A DNA stretch of 63,577 nucleotides, filler included, from Octopus bimaculoides (GCF_001194135.2; 4 parts of 3 records of this genome joined end to end with filler, not necessarily neighbours in it); one strand, 5' to 3'; shown: positions 40,561 through 51,837, counted from the first letter of the whole stretch. The notes: generated by a model from the sequence alone, not told the origin. Numbers and translations: made by a program.

Positions 40561-41007
40561 TCTTTTTTGTTTCAGTCACTTGACTATGGCCATGCTGGAG
40601 CACTGCCTTTAGCCGCGCAAATCGACCCCAGGACTTATTCTTTGGAAGCCTAGTACTTATTCTATCGGTCTCTTTGCCGAATCGCTAGGTTACGGGGACG
40701 TAAACACACCAGCATCGGTTGTCAAGCGATGTTGGAGAGACAAACATAGACACACAAACATATACACACAAACATATACACACACATACACACATACATA
40801 CATATATATATATATACACACACACACACNNNNNNNNNNNNNNNNNNNNNNNNNNNNNNNNNNNNNNNNNNNNNNNNNNNNNNNNNNNNNNNNNNNNNNN
40901 NNNNNNNNNNNNNNNNNNNNNNNNNNNNNNNNNNNNNNNNNNNNNNNNNNNNNNNNNNNNNNNNNNNNNNNNNNNNNNNNNNNNNNNNNNNNNNNNNNNN
41001 NNNNNNN

Positions 41008-41042
<35 letters not shown>

Positions 41043-41205
41043 TACGACGGTCTTTCAGTTTCTGTATACCAAATCCACTCACAAGGCTTTGGTCGGCCCG
41101 AGGCTGTAGTAGAAGACACTTGCCCAAGGTGTCACACAGTGGGACTGAACCCAGAACCATGTGGTTGGTAAGCAAGATACCTACCACACAGCCGCTCCTA
41201 CGCCT
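40561..41205 (-). mobile_element. SINE family A, full length, with gap in the internal microsatellite
   Basis: 3' tail at 40561-40750, (CA/TA)n and N run, head at 41045-41205. Confidence 0.93.
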
Positions 41206-41209
41206 ATGT

Positions 41210-41645
41210 ATGCATATATGGCTACAGGACGTTACAAAACGTAAACAACATGAAATACGAAGACAAACATATTTTTTGCGAACAACGAGAGAAACAAATG
41301 GAAAACAATACAAGTAACATAAAGAACGACCCTTCATCAGTTGTAGGCTGTTTATCTACTCCACATTTCGGGCAATTCACGACAATATGTGCCTTCGAGA
41401 AAACAGTTGCTCCCGTAAACCAAAATAAAATTTGGGATTTTGCGGAGGGTCAAAGTTAGTAACAAAAACAGAACAGTGAAATAAATAGTGAGGGCTGCTA
41501 AGCCAGAAGGGGGTAAGGTGGCGAACGCTGAGGAACATTCTTTGATAAGAGAAAAGATAGGAGAGGAGACAGACAAGAATACGTCTGGTCTGTGCAACAG
41601 ACCGGAAGGAAAGAAAGATGAACACCTGTGGAAAAAAAAGATGGA
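41210..41645. mobile_element. Unclassified repeat-like segment, possibly derived from a Penelope-like terminal repeat
   Basis: Minus strand carries CCCGAAA and CTGATGAAGGG motifs as seen in PLE terminal repeats; purine-rich composition resembles the PLE 3' UTR at 35600-35740. Confidence 0.35.
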
Positions 41646-42689
41646 CGATGGTCAAGATGTAATTGATTTGCCCCTTCCCCTCAAATTCCAGCCTTGTGCC
41701 TATAGCAGAAAGGATTATTATTAGTATTATTATAGTTATTATTAAAAGTAATAATAATAATATGCAAATGGATGCCATACCTTGTCCTCGGAGCTTTTAA
41801 TATAAGAAAAAAAAATGTTTATTGTCTGAACAAAATTCATAACACGTATGGTGATGAGAACTTACAGAATAATAGCTAAACAATCAAACAAANNNNNNNN
41901 NNNNNNNNNNNNNNNNNNNNNNNNNNNNNNNNNNNNNNNNNNNNNNNNNNNNNNNNNNNNNNNNNNNNNNNNNNNNNNNNNNNNNNNNNNNNNNNNNNNN
42001 NNNNNNNNNNNNNNNNNNNNNNNNNNNNNNNNNNNNNNNNNNNNNNNNNNNNNNNNNNNNNNNNNNNNNNNNNNNNNNNNNNNNNNNNNNNNNNNNNNNN
42101 NNNNNNNNNNNNNNNNNNNNNNNNNNNNNNNNNNNNNNNNNNNNNNNNNNNNNNNNNNNNNNNNNNNNNNNNNNNNNNNNNNNNNNNNNNNNNNNNNNNN
42201 NNNNNNNNNNNNNNNNNNNNNNNNNNNNNNNNNNNNNNNNNNNNNNNNNNNNNNNNNNNNNNNNNNNNNNNNNNNNNNNNNNNNNNNNNNNNNNNNNNNN
42301 NNNNNNNNNNNNNNNNNNNNNNNNNNNNNNNNNNNNNNNNNNNNNNNNNNNNNNNNNNNNNNNNNNNNNNNNNNNNNNNNNNNNNNNNNNNNNNNNNNNN
42401 NNNNNNNNNNNNNNNNNNNNNNNNNNNNNNNNNNNNNNNNNNNNNNNNNNNNNNNNNNNNNNNNNNNNNNNNNNNNNNNNNNNNNNNNNNNNNNNNNNNN
42501 NNNNNNNNNNNNNNNNNNNNNNNNNNNNNNNNNNNNNNNNNNNNNNNNNNNNNNNNNNNNNNNNNNNNNNNNNNNNNNNNNNNNNNNNNNNNNNNNNNNN
42601 NNNNNNNNNNNNNNNNNNNNNNNNNNNNNNNNNNNNNNNNNNNNNNNNNNNNNNNNNNNNNNNNNNNNNNNNNNNNNNNNNNNNNNNNC

Positions 42690-42783
42690 CTCCACCTCTC
42701 TTCTCACCACCTCTTTTATTCGTCATATCATCGTCACCATCATCGTCTTCCTCCTTCTTTTCGTCATCGTCTTCGTCCACCAC

Positions 42784-42816
<33 letters not shown>

Positions 42817-42882
42817 AATCATCACCAGCACCACCATTATCTTCCTCCTCTTACTCTTTCTCCTCCTCCTCGTCAACTTCCC

Positions 42883-42918
<36 letters not shown>

Positions 42919-43292
42919 ACCCTTCCACCTCGTTGTCGCAGTAATCGTCGTCGTCGTCGTCGTCACCGTCATCATCATCATCATTGTCATCATCCTCATA
43001 CTCTTCCTCCTCCACTTCTTCGTCATCATCATCATCATCACCATCCTCATCATCATCATCATCATCATCCTCATCATCATCCTCATCATCATCCTCATCA
43101 TCATCCTCATCATCATCATCATCATCATTATCGTCATCACCATCTCTGTCACCATCACGATAAGGATCATCTTCATTATCATAGTTGTGACATTGATAAT
43201 CTCAATAACAATTACTTGTATCGTATTGCGTCAACTGAATACATTATCTCATTAGTATTGTCGTTCTTATTTCATTATCATTATCATTATCA

Positions 43293-43330
<38 letters not shown>
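42690..43330. repeat. Cryptic (CAT)n/(CGT)n/(CCT)n trinucleotide array ending in (TAT)n
   Basis: Direct reading; gives spurious poly-His/Met ORFs. Confidence 0.9.
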
Positions 43331-43332
<2 letters not shown>

Positions 43333-43941
43333 ATACAATGTACCCATGTACATATGTACGGATATATTTATATATGTATCTCTATATGTGTCTGTATTTG
43401 TGATTTTATATGTGCGTATATATANNNNNNNNNNNNNNNNNNNNNNNNNNNNNNNNNNNNNNNNNNNNNNNNNNNNNNNNNNNNNNNNNNNNNNNNNNNN
43501 NNNNNNNNNNNNNNNNNNNNNNNNNNNNNNNNNNNNNNNNNNNNNNNNNNNNNNNNNNNNNNNNNNNNNNNNNNNNNNNNNNNNNNNNNNNNNNNNNNNN
43601 NNNNNNNNNNNNNNNNNNNNNNNNNNNNNNNNNNNNNNNNNNNNNNNNNNNNNNNNNNNNNNNNNNNNNNNNNNNNNNNNNNNNNNNNNNNNNNNNNNNN
43701 NNNNNNNNNNNNNNNNNNNNNNNNNNNNNNNNNNNNNNNNNNNNNNNNNNNNNNNNNNNNNNNNNNNNNNNNNNNNNNNNNNNNNNNNNNNNNNNNNNNN
43801 NNNNNNNNNNNNNNNNNNNNNNNNNNNNNNNNNNNNNNNNNNNNNNNNNNNNNNNNNNNNNNNNNNNNNNNNNNNNNNNNNNNNNNNNNNNNNNNNNNNN
43901 NNNNNNNNNNNNNNNNNNNNNNNNNNNNNNNNNNNNNNNNN

Positions 43942-43986
<45 letters not shown>

Positions 43987-44962
43987 TCTAGAAAGAAAAG
44001 AATGTTTATTTATATTTGAAAATGTATTTCTGCGATAAATATGTGTAATGATGCAAATAAATGCCAAATATGCTAGGATAGAGTTTGTAAATATGTAATT
44101 GGAGGGAAAAAAAAAGAAAATAGAATGCAATAAATAAATAAATAAATAAATAAAAGAAAAAAGAAAGAAAGAAAGAAAGAGAGAACAACGAAAATAAAGC
44201 GAGAGTATCGAATTCCAAGCTTCAAGGTTATATTGGAAAAGGCGGATCTTTGTACATGTGTTTCGGCTATTGTTGAAACAAACCAGTCATTCATCATTAG
44301 AACGAAAGATGTTGTCATACTAATTATCGTTCAGTTGGGTCTTTATCATAACAGCAGCAGGTTTATTGATGGTTACAGATCAGATGGATATCTTTGAAAA
44401 CAGAATTCTTAGGTTCTATGGTATAATATCTGATTTGAGAAAAATAAGAAAAGAAAGGAAAAGGGAGAAGAAATAAAGAATAGACAAGACAATGATGACA
44501 GCGTAAGAAACAAAAATAATTTGAGCCAAATCTTATAGCGCTGCTTGAATATTCCAAATTTAAAGTTTTCGTTATTGCTTAAAAGAAGGAGAAGAAAAAG
44601 CAGAAATGGAAGACAACTGGTCATGTAAAAATCTATTTAATTAAAAATAGAAATAAAAAGCTAGAAGGAATTATGAAATAACTAGAATGAAACCAAACAA
44701 GATAAGACATCAATAACTACATTAAGGAGTAGCTTTTTTTTTTGTTTGAAATTTGAATAATACTAAGACAGCAATGATAACACAACTAGAACAGAAGCAA
44801 CAACAACAATTGTAAAAATAGTAAGAGGAAGAATAACAACAAAGGCCAAGGCAACTTGTTTTACAATTTTTAGCATAATCAAAACAATAATAATCCATGC
44901 TAGTGTTTGATTCAGATACGAGACACGCCTTTTCGTTAAAGGAATCATAGCTGGCCAGCGGT

Positions 44963-45273
44963 TAAGGTGCGTGGCTTAGTGGTTAAGGTTCATGATTCAC
45001 AGTCGTAAAGCTGCGAGTTCGATTCCCGGGTGTGCGTTTTGTCCTTGAGCAAGTGTCCTTATGTCACGTTGATCCAGACCACTGAACCGGCAAAAATTGA
45101 GCTGTACCTGTAATTCAAAGGATCAGCCTTGTCCCATTCTGTGTCACGCTGAATCTACCAGAAAATTACGTAAGGGTAGGTGTGTATGTGGAGTGCTCAG
45201 CCAATTGCACGTTAATTCCACGAGCAGGCTGTTCTGTACTGAAAACCTTGTCGTCGCAACCGACGGAGTGTCA
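44963..45273 (+). mobile_element. SINE family D
   Basis: AAGGTGCGTGGCTTAGTGGTTAAGG..GAGTTCGATTCCCGG..GTCCTTGAGCAAG..GTGGAGTGCTCAGCCAATTGCACGTTAATT..CCGACGGAGTGTCA. Confidence 0.9.
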
Positions 45274-45511
45274 GTTGGTCTGCGATGTTAGTCACCCGAT
45301 GTCGGACCATAAACGTCAAAAGATAACATAAGTTCGTACTCCATTCATTGCCAACAATACTGTTCTATACAGTAGAGGATGGGCCAAAAGTCACGCACAA
45401 AACAAGTCCAATACGCGCCGGAATTGTCAATGACATGCAGCAGTTTTTCTACAGTAGAATGCAAATAAATAAAATAGTGGTGAATCCATACGTACTTGTA
45501 AATGAACGAAA

Positions 45512-45581
<70 letters not shown>

Positions 45582-45637
45582 GACTGCTGAGACCTCCTTC
45601 GGTCATGACTGACCATGGGATTGCACTAGAAAGTTAC
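45582..45637 (-). mobile_element. SINE family B 3' tail (remainder probably in gap)
   Basis: GACCTCCTTCGGTCATGACTGACCATGGGATTGCACTAGAAAGTTAC is the reverse complement of 10005-10045. Confidence 0.88.
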
Positions 45638-45898
45638 NNNNNNNNNNNNNNNNNNNNNNNNNNNNNNNNNNNNNNNNNNNNNNNNNNNNNNNNNNNNNNN
45701 NNNNNNNNNNNNNNNNNNNNNNNNNNNNNNNNNNNNNNNNNNNNNNNNNNNNNNNNNNNNNNNNNNNNNNNNNNNNNNNNNNNNNNNNNNNNNNNNNNNN
45801 NNNNNNNNNNNNNNNNNNNNNNNNNNNNNNNNNNNNNNNNNNNNNNNNNNNNNNNNNNNNNNNNNNNNNNNNNNNNNNNNNNNNNNNNATGAACGAAA

Positions 45899-45969
<71 letters not shown>

Positions 45970-45971
<2 letters not shown>

Positions 45972-46152
45972 TCCTTTCTACTAAAGGTATAAGACTTGAG
46001 AATTCTAGGCAGGAGACTAGTCGATTATATCACTGATACTTAATTTATCGACCCCGAAAGTATGAAAGGTAAAGTCGACCTCGACGGAATTTGAACTCAG
46101 AACGTAGCGATAGGCGAAATACCGCCAAGCATTTCGTCCAGCGTGCTAACGA
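45970..46152 (-). mobile_element. SINE family E2 with (ATT)n tail
   Basis: ATCCTTTCTAC..ATCGACCCCGAAAGTATGAAAGGTAAAGTCGACCTCGACGGAATTTGAACTCAGAACG..GCGTGCTAACGA; the preceding (AAT)n is its tail. Confidence 0.85.
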
Positions 46153-46156
46153 AAAT

Positions 46157-46300
46157 AATCCTTTCTAGTATAGGTGCAAGGCCTGACATTTTAGGGAGAG
46201 AAACTAGTCGATTACATCGACCCCCAGTGTTCAACTGGTATTTATTTCATTGACCCCAGTGTTCAGCTGATACTTATTTTTATCGACCCTGAAAGGATGG
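46157..46300 (-). mobile_element. SINE family E2 3' fragment, tandem to previous copy
   Basis: AATCCTTTCTAGTATAGGTGCAAGGCCTGAC..GTCGATTACATCGACCCCCAGTGTTCAACTGGTA, with a short internal duplication of GACCCC..AGTGTTCA. Confidence 0.8.
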
Positions 46301-46723
46301 AACGTAACATGAATAAAATGTCAACTGTTTTGGTGCGTGGCTTTTGGCGAGAGCCTCTATGTCAATAATTCTTAACATTACAAGGTATTGTGAGTTTATA
46401 AAGAACGGCAAATGTCACAGAGATACAATGGGCGTGCTGGGTAGATAAGAGGGGTTGTGACTTTTTAAAAAGTGAAGTATTTAAATAAGATATAATATTT
46501 ATATTTTAAACGTGCTTTCAAAAATACATTTGTGAGGATAAGAATATGAATAGAATGTTATGTTATCAGTGAACAAAAATATGATTGATGATGCACTGCT
46601 CCCAGTGAAATTTCTTTATAATGTCCTTGCCTTCTTCAGCAATTTCCATTAAAGCTCAACACAGAAGGCACACGCCTACACAAATATCTAAAAAGATGTA
46701 CATACTGAATGGATTAGTTTAAC

Positions 46724-46962
46724 GGTTTCAAATTTTGGCACAAGACCAGCAACTTCGGAGGAGTGGGTAAGTCGATAATATCGACCCCAAAGTTCGACTG
46801 ACACTTATTTTATTGATCCCGAAAGGACGAAAGGCAAAGTCGACTTCAACGGTATTTGAACGCAGAACATGAAGGCGGGTGAAATGTCGCTAAGCGCATT
46901 GCCCGCCGTGCTAACGATTCTGCCTGCTCGCCGTGCTAACGATGCTGCCTGCTCGCCGCCTT
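46724..46962 (-). mobile_element. SINE family E, full length, with 25-bp tandem duplication in head
   Basis: GGTTTCAAATTTTGGCACAAG..GGCAAAGTCGACTTC..; CCGTGCTAACGATTCTGCCTGCTCG at 46906-46930 repeated at 46931-46955. Confidence 0.92.
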
Positions 46963-46973
46963 CAGAAGGTGAG

Positions 46974-47093
46974 ATGCTAATAACACTTAGGTTTCCCGAG
47001 CGGTCACCCCGTCGGAATATTAACTAGGCACGAAGTTGCTTAACTTCGGTGGTCGGACGAGAACCGATGCATTCAACATGATATTGCGTATGC
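46974..47093 (-). pseudogene. 5S rRNA-derived copy (probably a retroposed pseudogene or SINE3-type head)
   Basis: Minus strand GCATACGCAATATCATGTTGAATGCATCGGTTCTCGTCCGACCACCGAAGTTAAGCAACTTCGTGCCTAGTTAATATTCCGACGGGGTGACCGCTCGGGAAACCTAAGTGTTATTAGCAT: about 120 nt collinear with metazoan 5S; box A retained, box C altered, no oligo-T terminator. Confidence 0.93.
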
Positions 47094-47288
47094 TGGATGG
47101 TTTAGTATTATAACGTAGATAATAAACAACTACATCAAATTGGTTTCTATTTGTGTAAAATAATCCTCTGTTCGAGCATTTGTAAAATGCAAACCAGTGA
47201 AAGGGAGAACTGAGCTACAAATAACTGAGAACAACAACGCTATGTGATTGCTAGGCGTGCTAGAAATAACAGCTAAATTGTTTCACTT

Positions 47289-47347
<59 letters not shown>

Positions 47348-47479
47348 NNNNNNNNNNNNNNNNNNNNNNNNNNNNNNTTATTATGTAGTCCGTGATGTTG
47401 GAATGGCGATGGATTAGGTGACTTTGCTCATAGCTGCTCGAGTTGACTCAGGGTTAAACGATAATGATATTAACAACAA

Positions 47480-47630
47480 CGGCGGCAGCAGCAGTGAATA
47501 CTACTACTACTGCTACTACCACTACCACTACCACCACCATCAACCACCGCTGCTGCTGCTGCTACAACTACTACTACTGCCGTCGCCACCACCACTACCA
47601 CCACCACCACCACCACCACTACTACAACCC

Positions 47631-47681
<51 letters not shown>

Positions 47682-47772
47682 TTGCTGCTGCTACTGCTGC
47701 TGCCGCTGCCACCACCACCACCACCAACAACAACAACACTACTACAACTCCACACTACTACTACTACTACTA
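47480..47772. repeat. Compound (ACT)n/(ACC)n/(GCT)n tract
   Basis: Direct reading. Confidence 0.92.
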
Positions 47773-48124
47773 GGCTAATCGAGGTGATGTAGGAGATGTT
47801 CGACCTAAAAACGTAACAAACCTCCTGCTGTACATTTGAACTCATCTACCCGTAGAGTGTGTCTGTCCAGTACTTTTATACACTTTTTATACACTTTTTA
47901 TACTCAGTTATTTAATCCAACTTATAATGGACGCTGCGATTCCATATCGAAATAAACCACAAACACAAATGAATAACCAGATAGATAAATGAATGAATAA
48001 ATAATGTACTGGGATGGGCAATACACTAACCAACATAGCTGCAATATCTTTGAGCAACAGTGTGTTTGAATTAAAGAGGCAAACGCCAAGTCGATAAAGA
48101 AGAAATAAGAAGAAATATTAAAAA

Positions 48125-48358
48125 CTAAAGTGTGCTTTTACCGAAATCCAGTGATAGAGAATCACGCCATCATTGGTATTATTCAGGTTATCAATAAACG
48201 AAAATTAATAATATCGAAAGTGCAAAACTCCAACTGATAAATTTTCCCTTCCACGCAGCTTGAAGCAGTAAGTTACATTTATATTAATCAAAATTGATTT
48301 TTGCGTATATCATCGGGTGGAAAATAGACCAGTAGTAGAATTTAAGGTGAGAGAGTTG

Positions 48359-48360
<2 letters not shown>
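48125..48360 (+). repeat. Local direct duplication, copy 1 (copy 2 at about 51055-51325)
   Basis: ATCATTGGTATT..ATCAATAAAC..CCAACTGAT..GCAGCTTGAAGCAGTAAG..ACATTTATATTAATCAAAATTGATTT..ATATCATCGGGTGGA..GGTGAGAG shared. Confidence 0.9.
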
Positions 48361-48396
<36 letters not shown>

Positions 48397-49030
48397 TTGG
48401 GAAACAAAAACAAAAAAAAAAAAGAAGCGGAGGGAGAAAAGAAGAAACAAGGAAAAAGAAATTGTGTTTTACATATGATGATAACGAGAAAAGGAAGACC
48501 GTGTTAAGATTAATTTTATTGTGAGCAGAGTTTTATAAAGATGAAGGATCGAAACTAACCAAAAGGAATACAGTTGAGTATGCAAATGTGAATTAGAAAT
48601 AGCATACACTTACTAATTCGCAGACACATACATGTGTACGCACACTTACATACGTCATACGTACAAACTTACATGTATACATACTTAGATATACATATAA
48701 ACACGTATAAACATAGACACGCACACACAAACACAGATACATACACACATATAAATTATGTAGATAGGTACACACATATATAAATGCGCTGTCTTAGTGT
48801 GCATCTGTGTTGTGTTGCGTTTATTCGTGCATGTTTGGATGCACCATAATATGTGCATATCTGTGCATATTTAAAGTATTCATCTTAGTTGAAAACATGT
48901 GTGATGCATGTGTACATATGTGTATGTACGTGCGGTTGTGTGTGCACATACGCGGATATATATACGTACGTACATAAACATACGTATACATATTCACACA
49001 AACACACGTGCAAGAATACACGCACACACT

Positions 49031-49703
49031 AACTCAGAGGCGTCACGCGTCCTGTACACGTATCATAAAGCAGTAGTGTCGCTAGAGTGTGTGCCGCCCG
49101 GGCAACCCTTGAGTTTACGTTCCCACCCGGGCAGCCATTGAGCCTTACGCTCCTGCTCGGTCAACCCTTGAGCTTGTATATCCACCTGTGTAACCTTTGA
49201 ATTTGCACTCCTGTTCAGGAAACCATTGAGCTTTGTTCCCCCACCTAAGCAACCTTTGAACTTTGCGTTCCCGCCTGGGAAACTCTTGAGCTTAAGTTCC
49301 CGCCCGAGCAACCCTAGAGCTTTGCGTTTCCACCCCGACAATCTTTGAGCTTGCGCTCCAGCCCTGGCAACCCTTGTGCTTTGCAATCTAACCTAGGCAA
49401 ACGTTGAGGTTTGCACTCCCGTCCGGGTAACCGTTGAGCTTACACTCTCGTCCCGGCATCTTTTGAACTTGCACCTCCGCCCAGGCACTCTTGAGCTTTA
49501 CGCTCCAGCCCGGGAAACCCTTGAACTTTCACTCCCACCCGGTCGACCTTTGTGCTTGCGTTCCAACCCAGGCAACTCGTGAGCTTGTGATCCTGTGCGA
49601 GCCATCCGTGAACTTGCGCTCCCGCCCGGACAACACTTGATTTGCGTATCCGCCCAAGCAATCCCTTACACTTGCGCTCCCTCCTCCACTACGCCTCTGA
49701 GTT
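49031..49703. mobile_element. MITE-like element with 13-bp TIR enclosing a GC-rich tandem array
   Basis: AACTCAGAGGCGT (49031-49043) and ACGCCTCTGAGTT (49691-49703) are exact reverse complements. Confidence 0.65.
49093..49685. repeat. Diverged tandem array, about 20 units of 29-30 bp
   Basis: Consensus approximately GGCAACCCTTGAGCTT(T)GCGCTCCCGCCCG; units start at 49101, 49130, 49160, 49189, 49218 ... 49600, 49629. Confidence 0.92.
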
Positions 49704-50181
49704 CTCTGCAGGCCTGTACAGCCGACTTAAAAGTGCCGCACCCATAAAACCCATGAAAGTGACGCCCGAGGTGGACCTACTCTTGACCCTTTCCTCCCTA
49801 CCACTAACCATGCTCATGCCATAACGGCAACGAAATGGCAGAACCTTTAAAGCATCGCAGAGAACGAATGACGGTATTTGTGCCCGACTATCTGCAGCTC
49901 AGTTGAAATTTTACATTCATTCTTTCGGGCTGCTAAATAAGACTCTCAGTGGAGCACGAGATTAATTCTTCTTCCTTCTTCTTTTCTTTTTACCTCTCTG
50001 CGTTGGTGGGTGGGTGAGTGGAGGGGGGACTGGAACATATAATATATCTTATTCCAAGATAGCCATAACCACCACTACTCTATCGCAGAAGAGTAAAAGA
50101 GGCGGTAGTCGACACTCTGGTAGAGTATATTACATAAGATAATGATCATGATAATGATGACAACGATGATGATGATGCATC

Positions 50182-50220
<39 letters not shown>

Positions 50221-50296
50221 GCACACACACACACATATATATATATACACACATATATATGCGAGTGTGTATATATGTGTATATATATACATGCAT

Positions 50297-50356
<60 letters not shown>

Positions 50357-51054
50357 TTATATATATACACAGGCATACACACGTATATATGTATGCTTGT
50401 GTGTTTGTGTTTGTGTGTGTCTGTGTGCGTGTATGTGTGTGTCATTATGAAATTAAATGGAATATATAGGATGCATGGGTGTGTGTGTGTATGTCTGTGT
50501 GTGTATGTGCGTGTGTGCGTGCGTGTTGTGCACAGAAACTGAGAAAAAATAACGATAAGAAGGAAAACACAGCATAAATGTGAAAGTTAGCTGGAAAGGG
50601 ACTAAGAAACAGGTGTTATAGAAAGAGAGAGAGGGAGAGAGATAGATAGATAGAGAAATAGAGAGATAGATAGAGAAAGAGAGAGAATTGGATATATACT
50701 ATTACTGCACGAGAAGACAGACAGAGAGAAGCAGGTAGGAGTAGGAGTAGGAGGGGTGGAAAGCGAGAGTGATATTAGTGCCAACAGAAATTTGATACAC
50801 GGAACAGGCGATGCGCGTGACCAAATGGAAAGAGCAGACGACACACAAGAGAAAGAAACACAATGTTATTTTCTTTTGTTTTCTCATGGTGGTTTTTCTT
50901 TTCTTTATGGTATATCATATTTGATATTTCATTTTCTTATGTTCGTTACACATCAAACAAATTTAAAGAAAATATGGGGAAAGTAAAAGAAAATGAGAAT
51001 AGTGTTGGTGTACTGTTGATAACAAAAGTAATACCGAAGAGTAACGCAGCAACA

Positions 51055-51325
51055 CACGTTTTTAAATAACACCAGTTTTGGAATCATGCTATCATTGGTA
51101 TTAGTCAGGCTATCAATAAACAGAAGTTAATAATCTCGAAAGCGTAAAATTCCAACTGATCAACCCCCCCCCCCTCCATGCAGCTTGAAGCAGTAAGCTA
51201 CATTTATATTAATCAAAATTGATTTCGAGATATCATCGGGTGGACATAAAAGATAAGAATGTAATAAAAAATAAACAATATAAAATAAAAATACACTAGT
51301 GGAGATTGAGGTGAGAGGTTTGTAA
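51055..51325 (+). repeat. Local direct duplication, copy 2
   Basis: See 48125-48360; AGACCGTGTTAA also recurs downstream at about 48497 and 51465. Confidence 0.9.
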
Positions 51326-51837
51326 TACTCGGGGGGGGGGGNNNNNNNNNNNNNNNNNNNNNNNNNNNNNNNNNNNNNNNNNNNNNNNNNNNNNNNNNNN
51401 NNNNNNNNNNNNNNNNNNNNNNNNNNNNNNNNNNNNNGTATATATGATGCTTACGGGGACAGGCAGACCGTGTTAATATTAAATTTACAGTCAATCTACA
51501 ATATCTCTAGTCACCATTGAGAAATGTCATATCATTCTCTCATGGCATATGAAACAAATTCAGCGGCCATTTTACCAAACATCGCCCAGCACTCACCATA
51601 TGGAATCCATCAAACACCACTAACTGTCATTTCTAAATAATTTTTCCATTAATTTTCTTTATACTTGTTTTAGTACATTTTTACGCATATGTTATTTGCT
51701 TTATCTTCATCTTTTTATTCACAAGTATTTGTTTCTACTTTGTATACTCTCTGCTGTAATGTGCAAAGTTTATTGGTTAAAGTGGATAACTGTTAAATAT
51801 CGGTATACCAATTTCAGTGTAACAGGTTAATTCACAT

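Noticed and set aside
41848-43329. His-rich protein (493-aa ORF)
   Set aside because: More than half is N; the rest is a cryptic CAT/CGT/CCT array that is open in several frames by construction.
44250-44320. Hammerhead-like motif on the minus strand (ATGATGA..AGCCGAAACACATGT)
   Set aside because: The core C is missing and the stems are imperfect.
46974-47093. Functional 5S rRNA gene
   Set aside because: It is a single copy outside an array, has substitutions in box C and the terminal helix, and has no T-run terminator.
49093-49685. CRISPR-like array
   Set aside because: The units are contiguous diverged tandem repeats without unique spacers, the DNA is eukaryotic, and no cas genes are present.
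51331-51341. Poly-G tract as G-quadruplex
   Set aside because: It abuts an N gap and may be a sequencing artefact; the paralogous position holds (AT)n.
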